Source of the DNA: Eledone cirrhosa
Lineage: Eukaryota
NCBI GenBank assembly: GCA_964016885.1
Contig: OZ024742.1
Coordinates: 156,736,001 to 156,800,000, forward strand
Direction of reading: 5' to 3'
Length of the DNA stretch: 64,000 nt
A program made the translations under genes and the position numbers. The notes beneath the pieces were generated by a model. It was not told where the DNA came from. It made no database searches and saw nothing but the letters and a program-made list of their open reading frames with translations. Positions 52,018 to 64,000 of the stretch are shown here, in pieces. The number at the start of each line of letters is the position of its first letter. Positions within the stretch are counted from its first letter, which is position 1.

Positions 52018-53717
52018 GCATAAATGCAGTCGAATTAGGCTAAAAACGAAATATTATATGCATATATCATAAATGCATATTTCGAAATATGCATTCACTG
52101 AAAATATTAATATTTATGGATATAATATAATATCCAAGGAATTTTCACAGATCCTATTGTTTCTTTGTCATATCAATTGTAATCTCTATAAAAGTATTGT
52201 AGAAACCACCATAAATTTTAACTATTATATTCATTGATAAATGAGCAATAAATTTATGTTGTTCCATTCCTTTTTCGAAATAGAGTATTCATCGCATTTT
52301 GTTTACAGCATTATACTGATGCTATTTTTATGAGAATAGCTATTAAAAACTGACGTGCTTAAAACTATCTAAAAAACCCCGACACGACATCATAGTTTGT
52401 ATATTTAAAATAAGAGGATATATTCCTTAGGGTTATGGATATCTAGTGAGAGTAAAATGTTAATATTATTTCGAGATGATGATATCAGAGAAATACCAAA
52501 ATTGTAAATATGCATAACGTAAAAGTATGTGTTGAGAGAAAAAGAATAAATATGGCAATTCTTGAAAAAAATAAAACTAAAGGAAATATTTCGTAGCATT
52601 CAAGAACAAAACTTTTTTTGCTTCACAATAATGTTATTTTTTTGCGTGCAATTGGCTCCCATATAAACTCATTCCTCCCATGGCTGTGCGTATGCTACAG
52701 TATCATATCATAAATTGTTGTGTTTCTGGTGCAGTTTTGAAACCTTTCTATATATGCAATTTTTCAATGGAAATTGTTTCTGGAAGTTTTTGAATTATCT
52801 CTAGATATCCAATTCTACATAGGATGTAATATATATAACATGTATTTTAATTATGTATAATGGTCAATATAATATAGGGATTTCGAGTTATTTATATCTC
52901 GATAATAACGATCTATGCTATATGACCGAAATAAGGCTCATATATTTTCAGAAAAGCATTTTGCTCTAATTATTTTCAACTTTTATCAAAATCATGAATG
53001 CCATTAGACATTCCAAATTCACGCTCAATCTGAGATGTGCACAGGTCCCGCTACAGATTCTTCTTCAGCATCATAATTTTGTGGTTATTTAAATATTTGG
53101 CTCATAATCCATTATATTATATGAGAAACATGTGATATGTTTGACACTTTATGATGTGTAACGTAATGATGCCGTGGTCATATCATTTTTCATTGTTACA
53201 ACATAGTGTTTTACCACATCTTTTCATTCGCCATTTTGATTTAGTTGGCCAATGTCGCAGTACATCTTTGTTTTTTACTACTTAAAATACTACAAAACAT
53301 TAACGATTAAGTGATAATTTCAATGTAGGATAAGCTGATCTGAATAAAAACCAGAAACAGGTTCGCGAAATATCTCTCCAGCGACAAATATATGTATACA
53401 CACTTAAAGATATATACGCACAATTGTATGTCACATCTGAAATGGGTGTATAACCCTGAAATATGTTAAAATATACTGGGAAAAACATTACTTTGTTTCG
53501 ATTTATTTCTCATCATCTGCCTTTCATAATTTTCTGCCATATTGTTACAGACTTCAAAAAAATGTATTGTATTTTTACTACAGTAATATATGAATGTAGA
53601 TGTACATGTATGTATATGTGTATGTATATACATATGTATATACATGTATGTAGGTATGTATATGTACGTATATGTGCATGTATGTGTACACATGTTTATC
53701 TATGTATGTGTATGCAT

Positions 53718-54360
53718 GATCATCATCATCATCACCATTTAATGCCTATTTTCTATTCATCCATGGGTTAAATGGATTGTAGTGCAGATGCCCTTCTTAA
53801 CTCCAACGCCTATAGAGAGGATGTCCTTCCATTTTGAAAGAATTGAATCTCTTCTTCGCCCACTTATTCCTGAGAGGGTCGTTGGGTCAGTGTCCTCAAA
53901 CACACCTTCCAGCAGAAGCAAGTCTCTCCAACTGATCCAGCTAAATTCCCAAGTGAGACCAGCCAAGCTCATGGATGTTATCCAACAGTCTTGTTCGGAG
54001 TCTACCCCTTGGTTTCCCGTCGGTTGGTTTTACCCATAAACTATGTCCAGCGATTCTTTCCTCAGACATTCTAACCACATGTCCAAAGTATTGGAGTTGT
54101 GATCTCAATAATCAGAGAATTAGCGGCTCTTCCTGGAGTAACACGCTGATGTCCGAGCTCGCTCTTTATCGAGTAACGTTACACCAAAGACCCTTCAGAG
54201 GAACCACATTTCGGAACTTGTGTTCACAATCATATTCTTTTGATCATTACCCGAGATTCGTGACCAGGGTTACGGGTTGGCTCAAATACCAAATTGAAAA
54301 TAGAAAGTTTGGCTTTTACACCTGCCTTTCTTCTTCTGAATACCGCATGCTGAAGCTGCA
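53718..54360 (-). mobile_element. 5'-truncated RTE-like LINE 3' fragment with (TGA)n tail
   Basis: QLQYFGHVVRM, G.PKGRLRTRLLDNI; (CAT)n on the + strand at 53718-53735. Confidence 0.65.
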
Positions 54361-54900
54361 TTAGCTCCTGCAATTATTCCACTTAATTCAGTATAGATTG
54401 CGCTGGTGCTGCCATTTTGTTAGAATGCCAGATCATTGTATTCCTAATCAGTATCTCTACAAGGAGTTGGTCAAAAACAAATGCCAGATGATTGTATTCC
54501 TAAGCAGTGTCTGTACAGGGAGTTAGTCAAAGAAAAATGCCAGATCATTGTATTCCTAATCAGTGTCTCTACAGGGTGTTGGTGAAAGACAAACAGCCAA
54601 GACATAAACCAAAACACAGGTATAAAGACTGCACCAAAATAACTTTCATAAAGTCAAAGATCAGAGAATATAACTGCGAAGATATTTCCTTAGATCGATC
54701 ATATTGGAAGAAAAAAATGTTTAATGAAAAACAGGAATTTGAAAAATTAAAAAGAGAGGTGTGCGTAAGGTTCTCAATGATATTAATTTACCTGGATTTT
54801 CTGATACACAAAATGATTTTATGACTGGATTTGCCTCAGTAAATCTGATCTTAGAATTCATGATGGAAGCCACAGAATGTTCCTGATTACGGTCTATTTA
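54361..54900 (+). mobile_element. Second RTE-like LINE 3' fragment with a triplicated 56-bp segment
   Basis: LRWCCHFVRMPDHCIPNQ.LY.EL...KPKHRYKD; repeat starts at 54425, 54481 and 54537. Confidence 0.6.
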
Positions 54901-55301
54901 ACATTTCGTCCTGCCAGAAGTATTCGATGCCGGGAAATACGGTATTTGTCAATCTTCGCATGTTATTATGAGGGTACGTTGCCAAAAAATCCTCAATTTA
55001 ACTACGGATCCACTGAGACAGATTTATGCTTATTGGATTTATTTTCATTTGTATTACTTATGAATTGTTTTGTTAATTGATTTACAATACTTTTGTTTGT
55101 ATAGATATTGGTAGGAAATTGTAAAGAAAGTTTTGCGATCTATAGAAGTTCAAATATGTTGATTGTTAGTTCACTTAAAATGGGCATGTGTGAACATTGA
55201 AGCTGATAAAACCGTCAGTATAAACGGTAGCAGACATGTTCCACTGACGCTTTATAAGCCACACAAGCACACACACATGCACCCACACATATGTACACAC
55301 C

Positions 55302-55472
<171 letters not shown>

Positions 55473-55473
55473 G

Positions 55474-55511
<38 letters not shown>

Positions 55512-55534
55512 ATGTAATAAACAACATAAGGCAA

Positions 55535-55600
55535 TTATTCCATTTACCAGTGGTTTCTTAAAAGCAAGAGGTTTTGCTTTCAATCCTCAGAACGAAAAAA
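55535..55600 (-). ncRNA. Type I hammerhead ribozyme
   Basis: ttttttcgtt CTGAGGA TTGAAAGCAA aacctc TTGCTTTTAA GAAA CCactGG TA aatggaataa. Confidence 0.85.
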
Positions 55601-55731
55601 TCCTGGTTTGTTTATTGAATTTGGATGTTAAAAACAAAAAAAGCAAGCTATATGAAAGTGAGGGTGGAGAAGGAAGAAGGAAAGGAAAAAATAAAAACAA
55701 AATAAGACTACCCATACAACCACACAATCAC

Positions 55732-55831
<100 letters not shown>

Positions 55832-56216
55832 GCATGTGCATGCGCGCACGCACGCACGCGTATACAAATATAAATATATTTCCCCCATGCAGATGTGTGT
55901 GCGTGCATGCGCGCATACGCGCAGGGTAGGTTCTGTTGAAAGTGCCTCGTGAATTTATGGCTACAGTTGTATAGATTATACTTAGAAATTGTCTACAGAA
56001 TTCCCTAAACCTTGGTCAATATACTAGAACCTTTAAGAATTTAGCTTTTAAGGAATCTCCTACTCCTCCAAATCTATCTACCATGACTGACCCCATACTG
56101 ATCTTACAGACACCTGTAAGCTAAAGAGGAAGCTAATGATAAGGATTGGCTCCAATCTGAATACAGAAATCTGTCTGCCTTTGCTCCTCTAAGAACAAAC
56201 ATATACAAACATTCAT

Positions 56217-56261
<45 letters not shown>

Positions 56262-56806
56262 TATCTACACACACACACGCATACATATATATATATATAC
56301 ACACACACACATACACACACACACATACACACACACACATGCATATATGCACACACATACTCACACACAAAAGCACATATATCATACGCACGAAATAGTC
56401 AACGCATTCACACACTCTCACACATGAAAAGAATTTTCAAATACAAATACATAACCGCATACATACGCATACATGCATAACCACGCACAAGTTTACAATC
56501 TATACACACACACATGTGTATACAACTATATGCACACACACACATATATGCATACATAAGCACACATATAATTACATAAATACAAACGTACACACACACA
56601 TATATATACACACGTACACATACACACACATATACATACATAGCTAAACAATTATACACATACAAATACGTATATATCATAAACACGCACAACAGAACAC
56701 AAACACACACACACACACACATACACACACACACACACATATATACAATTATCAATATATACACACGCACATATGTACACACACACATATATACACACAC
56801 ACACAT

Positions 56807-56851
<45 letters not shown>

Positions 56852-57016
56852 CATGCATATACACATATACACACATACACAACCACGCCCACACACATGC
56901 ATACACATACATACACGTATATGCGTGTGTGTATGTAAAACTCAATCTTAGATAAACCATAAGGACCTTACATATACGTATATATAGTAGTAAAGTATTA
57001 AAGCAACATAAGGCAA

Positions 57017-57082
57017 TTATTCCATTTACCAAGGGTTTCTTAAAAGCAAAAAAAATTTTCCTACAATCTTCAGGATGAGAGA
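57017..57082 (-). ncRNA. Second tandem hammerhead ribozyme, diverged
   Basis: CTGAAGA ttgtagg...gcttttaa GAAA CCcttGG TA aatggaataa; stems I and II imperfect. Confidence 0.6.
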
Positions 57083-57209
57083 AACCTGGCTTATCCACAC
57101 ATACACATATATACACACGCACACACAAATACATACATATATAAATACATACACACAGGCACACACACACATACGTATAAACATATATACATACACACAT
57201 ACACACACA

Positions 57210-57281
<72 letters not shown>

Positions 57282-57530
57282 CACATATATACACACACAT
57301 ATACACACACATACACATAGGCATGTGGAGGGCAAGGCAAAAAGAATAGATGTGGGGGCCGCATAGGAGAAGGTAAAATATAAGGGGAGGTAAGGGAGAA
57401 AAAAATATATAATAAATGTAGGTATACAAGAGTACAGAACTTAGAAACAATAAAATAAAAACCGTAGCAGAAGTAAAGAGCGGGAGAAGGAGTTCAAGGC
57501 GGATGATTTCTCATAGGAGTGTCAATCCAG

Positions 57531-58230
57531 TTACAGATCAGGTGCGGTCTCAGATGAGGACAGCATCTGAAGATCTGTCTTTGAATTAAGGCAAGCGGAA
57601 GTGTCTCTCAAGTTTAGCAAAATCCTATACTTTTCTGTGGTACACAAAGAACAATTCTTTGTGCCCCTTTGGTACTCCCTCGAATGGTCTAATATAGACC
57701 AATCAATAGAGTACGGGATGTTACTATCCTTGAGTTCCCACACCTTACTTGCGAGGGCCGTTGATGTTCGTTTATCGGAGTGCTTAAAAGAAGCGACATG
57801 TGAGTAAAATCTGGTTTTAAACCTGTCCTGGGTCATACCGACATATCGCTCACTCCTGGCTGGCTGGTTGTTGATTACTGGTGTTATCGTAGCCTCATAA
57901 ACGACAGATTTAGTGTTACATCTACCCTGCAATGTGCATTCGTCCGGCTTCCTGCAACTGCATCCTGGATTTATTCTCGTCCGGTTTGAGCTGGTGATTT
58001 TGGACCTCATAGATGGGCAACAAGAGTAGCTGATCTTGACTACGTTCCTATTAAATATCTTATAGTATCTATGATTAGGAGGAAAATGTTTGTCTAATAG
58101 TTCAAGGAATTTCCTTCCTACATTAGTTTTGACAGTTAGAGAGAAGGGGGGTGTGAACCAAATAATCTTCCTTTTCCTGTTATTGTGGTTAGTTTTAGGG
58201 GGGGTAGGTAAATACTGTAAACTGTAGGTA
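57531..58230 (-). pseudogene. PLE GIY-YIG endonuclease, 5'-truncated ORF fragment (Neptune-like)
   Basis: RKIIWFTPPFS, KISYSC, CSCRKPDECTLQGRC, VVYEA...YVGMT, FKTRFYSH, CSLCTTEK. Confidence 0.88.
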
Positions 58231-58424
58231 AACTGTAGCCATAAATTCACGAGACACTTTCAACAGAACATACCCTGCGCGTATGCGCGCATGCACGCAC
58301 ACACATGTGTATGGGGGAAATATATTTATATTTGTATACGCGTGCGTGCGTGCGCGCATGCACATGCGTGTGTGTGTGTGTGTGTGTGTGTGGGTGTGTG
58401 TGTGTGTGTGTGTGTGTGTCTGTG

Positions 58425-58473
<49 letters not shown>

Positions 58474-58604
58474 GTGTATGTGTTGTTGTATGGGTAGTCT
58501 TATTTTGTTTTTATTTTTTCCTTTCCTTCTTCCTTCTCCAGCCTCACTTTCATATAGCTTGCTTTTTTTGTTTTTAACATCCAAATTCAATAAACAAACC
58601 ACGA

Positions 58605-58670
58605 TTTTTTCGTTCTGAGGATTGAAAGCGAAACCTTTTGCTTTTAAGAAACCACTGGTAAATGGAATAA
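58605..58670 (+). ncRNA. Type I hammerhead ribozyme (right arm of vi)
   Basis: ttttttcgtt CTGAGGA TTGAAAGCGAAA cct TTTGCTTTTAA GAAA CCactGG TA aatggaataa. Confidence 0.85.
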
Positions 58671-58760
58671 TTGCCTTATGTTGTTTATTACATAATAATA
58701 ATTAAGCTCTGTTGCTTACATAGAGCACTCTTTTTTCCTGGACTTTTTCGACGGAATTAC

Positions 58761-58798
<38 letters not shown>

Positions 58799-58984
58799 CT
58801 TCTGCGATCACAGATTGATTTTTTTTAGATTAACAAGATGACGTTAAGGGTGAAAGCAGCGATTACTTGCTTAAACTTTAATCTGTTTTTTTAATAAATA
58901 TTTGCTCTATGGTTCTTATATATTTAATATATATTTGTCCTTATCGAGCCCTCTTTGGATTTTAGTCTTCACATTTATTATTAT

Positions 58985-59037
<53 letters not shown>

Positions 59038-59151
59038 TAAGAGGAATTCCAACTTTGTCTGATTTACTCGTTTTATTTACAATCCTTTAAAATATATATA
59101 ATGGTATTATAATGAAATAGTATGATAGAATATTAAATTCTAAGTGTTAAT

Positions 59152-59190
59152 TGAACAAGTACTTTCATGCTTTCGCAATCTTCAGGTTCA
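59152..59190 (-). ncRNA. Minimal hammerhead ribozyme (left arm of vii)
   Basis: Exact reverse complement of 59270-59308. Confidence 0.85.
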
Positions 59191-59269
59191 TGATATGTGG
59201 TGACAGTCGAGTTTGCTATTTTCAATTTCCACAGTTGAAAATTGCAAACTCGACTGTCACCACATATCA

Positions 59270-59308
59270 TGAACCTGAAGATTGCGAAAGCATGAAAGTA
59301 CTTGTTCA
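59270..59308 (+). ncRNA. Minimal 39-nt hammerhead ribozyme (right arm of vii)
   Basis: TGAAC CTGAAGA tTGC GAAA GCAt GAAA GTAC TT GTTCA; GNRA loop II; palindromic AAGTACTT stem III. Confidence 0.85.
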
Positions 59309-59484
59309 ATTAACACTTAGAATTTAATATTCTATCATACTATTTCATTAAAATACCATTATATATATTTTAAAGGATTGTAAATAAAACGAGTAAATCA
59401 GACAAAGTTGGAATTCCTCTTATTAATATAATCTTCTATACACAATCATACACACCCGTGTATATTTACCTATCTATATCTATA

Positions 59485-59571
<87 letters not shown>

Positions 59572-59795
59572 TATATATATACATATACATATATTCATTT
59601 CATTAAATCTAAATAGTGAGTTTGTAAATTTGGAGAGTCGCCTGTTTATTACAAGATCTTGACAAAATTTCGGTATTGAGTACACTTTACTCTCACCCGT
59701 CAACACATACGATTCTATATAGATATTAGGTGTACGTGATGTTGTTTCGTATTAAATGACATTTAAAAGCCTGAATAATATCATGAAATATTTAC

Positions 59796-59876
59796 CGAAA
59801 TGGGACCCAACTGACATCAGACAACTATCAGTAAAGATGATAACCGAAGTCCCGGAATTCCTTGTGATATTTTTGA
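59796..59876 (-). other. Candidate 81-nt phase 1-1 exon of an unknown host gene
   Basis: TTTTATTTCTTTTTGAAG acceptor, G|GTAAAT donor, open frame KNITRNSGTSVIIFTDSCLMSVGSHF. Confidence 0.25.
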
Positions 59877-60992
59877 CTTCAAAAAGAAATAAAATTATGT
59901 TCACTTTTGACGTCATCTTCAATTACAATTAAATGTAATATTATGAGATTCTACATTTCTTGACACCTGTGCGTAATAGTGACTGAATTAGTCACGGTGT
60001 TGCCGAGAGAAATTATTCATGAAGCATATTTTCCGGATTATATCTCATTTAGCATATTTTCCCGATCATAGCTCATTTAGTATATGCAGTTTATATAACT
60101 ATGACGAGGTTTGCTGTCTGTTATATCGACGTTCCTTCAAGAATACTGTTAAAGCGATCCTACGACCTATTTCTTGAGTGTTGCGTAAGAACTAAAAACA
60201 ATATCCAGTTTAACATGCGATTTTATTTGCATTTCATATTGCCTTGATTCATCATAAACTTATTGTTATGTGGTTGCGGTTAGAAACTCATCTGACTTCA
60301 CATATGGGAAAATAGAGGTATAGACATAATGAGAAACATGGCAATTAGATGCGCGTTTCAGTGATATATGTGAGGTATAGATTTTACTATATCGCAACCT
60401 TGTTATCCAAAGAAACAAGATATCATTGCCACATGTGATTGCTTGTTTAAAAGTTATTTCCTAATGGTCAGAATAATAAATGCTATCTCAATACCAAAAT
60501 TAGCACTGTTTGTGGTCCTTTTGTTATTAGAAATGTTGTTTCACCTCCGAATAATTCCAACATTGATTTTAATTGCCAGCTGGTGAAGATGATATTGAAA
60601 TTGAAACTCAGAAACTACTATAACTGATCGTTACGTGCAGCTGAATATAGGACAAATATATTTCAATGCAATATTAGAATTCTGGCCTTAGTCTATGTTC
60701 TAATAAACAGGAAGAAATATCTAATGATTAGACATTAATGATTGAAGATAGCAACACATGTGTGGGTTACAATTTATTGGAATACTACATTAATTAATTT
60801 GCTAGATTTGAGCTATCTGGGGATAAACAATACTATTAATTTGTTTAAAATATATCGATGATCGTATTTTTAAACTTTCATAATAACATGTTTCCGATAG
60901 GTAAATGAAAACAAACAATTCATTTTCTTTTTAATTAGATGCATATTAATGCATAAACAACACGTTATTGATAATAGTTACCTATAATCAAT

Positions 60993-61170
60993 AATTGTTT
61001 CTACTTTTGGCACAAGGCCAGCAATTAACCAGTACATTACTGGTACTTTGTTTTATCGACCCCGTAAGGATGAAAGGCAAAGTCAACCTCGGCGGGATTT
61101 GAACTCAGATCGTGAAGGGACGTAACTATGCTGGAAAGCATGGCGTCCGACCCTCTACCGATACTGCCAA
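60993..61170 (-). mobile_element. tRNA-derived SINE with Nin/Deu-like core (octopus-type)
   Basis: A box TGGCAGTATCGG, B box GAGTTCAAATCC, core GACTTTGCCTTTCATCCTTACGGGGTCGATAAAA. Confidence 0.85.
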
Positions 61171-61895
61171 TAATGAATAATGATCGATTATAAGATTTAC
61201 TTACGCAGTAAATTGCCCCGCTAGAAATATATCTGAAGCATTCACTGATAAATAACAAATTACTTATAATAACTTGCGGCAAATTAATGTAATATAAGTA
61301 TCGAATCCTTAGATAATTATATAACGGAACAATGTTTTAAAAATATTTCGATAGAAGAATAAATTTAGCAACGTTCTGTAGACGAGTTGGGCAGGTTTAT
61401 TTGGTATTCATTGGGAATTAATTATGCATAAAAATCATTCCGACTTGACAATCGCTTGTGCGTTTCTGCTTTTCTGGGCACCTTGGTGGATGTTGTGCCT
61501 GACAATTATTGAATGCTTCGAGATTTTATTATAGACAATGTTAATCCTTGGTGCCAATTAAGTAAGTTTCATGCTTATGGTCTCTGCCATTTCGAACGTT
61601 TGGACAACATTTCATGATATTGTAAATTTGACGTTAAGTTTACTAATAATGTACAAATAGAAATTCCTCATAATATAACCAAACACCAAGAACACAAAGC
61701 ACAGCGAGTATATATGAATATGAATGTAAATGGTTCACATTATTGAGGTGAGGTGTTTGGTCTGCGATGGTCATGAACGGTGATGCTCAAGCGTTAATAC
61801 TATATATACGCCGTTCTTATAGTAAGAAAGGAGGAACAGCTTCTCCCTACGGGAGCGAAGAATATTAATTTGACCAAACTGGGATTACTTTACAG

Positions 61896-61996
61896 ATTAC
61901 TAATGCTCCATCTATCGGGGGAGCTTTCAGCAATATTCAGTACACGGCTGCAGAAACCATCTACTCACTCCTGGCTGAAATCATAGGCTTAAAATG
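61896..61996 (+). other. Candidate 101-nt coding exon of an unknown gene
   Basis: TTACTTTACAG acceptor, TG|GTAATG donor, open frame ITNAPSIGGAFSNIQYTAAETIYSLLAEIIGLK. Confidence 0.3.
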
Positions 61997-63228
61997 GTAA
62001 TGTCCTACAACCGTTCATGTCCTCTTTTAAATGTAACACATACCAGTAACATATATTAATAGGTAATAAATTGATTTTTCCACGTATATATGACAAGCAT
62101 TGGACTTTCTCATATTCAGAAATAGTAAACCTTACATGAAAACATTTTGTTGTATTGTATTCATAATTCAAACCTTATAGAGCAGAAACAGAGTCAACGG
62201 CGTTCCACCAATATTCCTAATATTTCATTTATATATAAATGTATCCATTAACCTATGTAGACTTACTCTTTTACCTCGATAAGTAGTGCGTTTAAGAACA
62301 AAATTAGCTGTTCAACCCTTCGAACCACATAAAAGCAGGCAGAGGACTCTTCGTGACATTGAAATACATTAGTTGAATTATTAGTTAGTATTAAACTAGT
62401 TTTAGAGATTAAAAGTATGAACAATCCGGACACTGCACTTTGACTTTCAATAATTGCAAATGGTATATGTGTGTTAAGGTTTGGTAATGAAAGAGTAGTA
62501 ATCAGAAAAACAAGTATTTAGAGCATATAACACGTAGAAGTAAATTAGAGAGGGCATGCTTTTTGAAAACTGGTGTCACTTAAGATGTCATCTTGTTTAA
62601 CGTTTGTATTATATGAGGGTATTTTGCAAAGCTAATAAAACCACCTCTAATAAGGAAACAAGCACGATTATGCAACTTGGTAGATGAGTGTTCTTGATAG
62701 TACCGTGGCACAAAGTTATTGTTTGTATGCTCCATAGCCATATGTAAAATCAGTAAAAATCATGTTTTATATTCTGACCCCAATGTTATTGATGAAATGT
62801 TAGTCTATGTGCGACTAAAACATTAAACTATATGGAATCCATATGCTATCCCAACAGAGCATATCATTATAAAGGTTAAAAACATTAGAATGGACATATT
62901 TGGAAATGTGTTGATCATAAATCTTCGCAGGCAGAGCAAACCATGAATGCCAATGAAAAGTGAAATAAGGATGGTAAACACAATCTAAGTGAGAATTAAC
63001 CTGCAAGTTACACGAAAGAAATGTAAACACAACAAATATGAAATTATATTAGGTAAATCAATCTTGTGGAGTCTCTATCGCCCCAGACATTCAAAACCAG
63101 TATGCAATAGAAATAGGAAAGCCACAGATCTTTATTTATGAGAGGCAGATGCAGTTTAATTATTATAAATAAAGCACAATTCCCTGCACATTATAACGGG
63201 TTATCAGAAAAATAAAGGATGGACTCAC

Positions 63229-63312
63229 TGGCTAATTTACTCTGAAATATATCTTGAAACAATAAAGACAGTATCTCGGATAAAATGTGTTTCATTCTTG
63301 CGGATTGCAGCT
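63229..63312 (-). other. Candidate 84-nt exon of an unknown gene
   Basis: TTTGTTTATGTTTATTCCCAG acceptor, A|GTGAGT donor, open frame LQSARMKHILSEILSLLFQDIFQSKLA. Confidence 0.3.
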
Positions 63313-63857
63313 CTGGGAATAAACATAAACAAAAGCAATGACGATGCTAATATGATATGGAACCGAACATATATTTCAAAGTGAATAAGTGTACATGTAA
63401 AAGTGATATAATTAAAATAAAATATCTAAAATCAAATGACTTTAGATAAAATGTGCATTTGTTATAATGTCTATAGTACACTTCATTTAAGTTGTAGAAA
63501 CATATAATACTGATATTTCTCATCTTTCCAAGTGTCGGAACACAAACCAAAAGAAAGAAACTATCAATTAAGTAACGATGTGCATGCGATAAAAAGGATT
63601 TCTTAATTGAATATGACAATATTCAGTTACCAATTTATCCTTGTCTAAGCACATCAGTTTTAGTTTAAAAGAATTTCCTCATGAAATAAAGAAAACCTCA
63701 ATTACATTACAAGTAAACACTGTGATTTGTAAGCATATACCTGAGTGTGAGAGAATGAGAAGGCGAACAAAAGAGAGGAAGAGAAATGGAGAGATAGAAG
63801 GAGTGGGAGAAAACTAGAGATAGAGAGAAAGATATAAAGATAATAAATGTGACAGAC

Positions 63858-63956
<99 letters not shown>

Positions 63957-64000
63957 AAAGGAGAGAATGTGAGATGAAAAAAGTAAAGTATAATAATATT

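Larger units (their letters stand above)
59031..59470. mobile_element. Miniature fold-back Penelope-like insertion (vii) in (TA)n
   Basis: Near-perfect 400-bp palindrome 59031-59430 with a loop of about 5 nt near 59230; 40-nt tail; hammerhead in each arm. Confidence 0.85.

Noticed and set aside
58820-58870. AAGATGA...TGAAAGC as a hammerhead
   Set aside because: No CUGA core and no consistent stems.
60993-61170. tRNA gene
   Set aside because: The A and B boxes belong to a SINE head; there is no cloverleaf.

Overview
Repeat-dominated, AT-rich eukaryotic DNA, probably octopus or another cephalopod (inferred from the SINE family). No confidently identifiable host gene is present, only a few weak exon candidates after 59.7 kb. 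Four main blocks. (1) 1.3-6.1 kb: tandem array of three non-autonomous Helitrons. (2) 18.2-47.9 kb: about 30 kb of nearly contiguous non-LTR retrotransposons built on (TAA)n tracts. Four R4/Dong-type RLE elements (two families) lie on the + strand and four Tx1/L1-type APE elements on the - strand, so both appear to use the same microsatellite from opposite strands. (3) 9-15 kb and 49-59.5 kb: seven Penelope-like (PLE) insertions with one shared asymmetric fold-back architecture: two inverted arms carrying hammerhead ribozymes, a unique tail on one arm only, and the short arm ending at an AT-rich site next to (TA)n or AT-rich target DNA. About a dozen hammerhead cores were folded by eye. (4) SINEs, a MITE, RTE fragments and microsatellites. 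All coordinates and folds were read manually; nothing was searched against a database.
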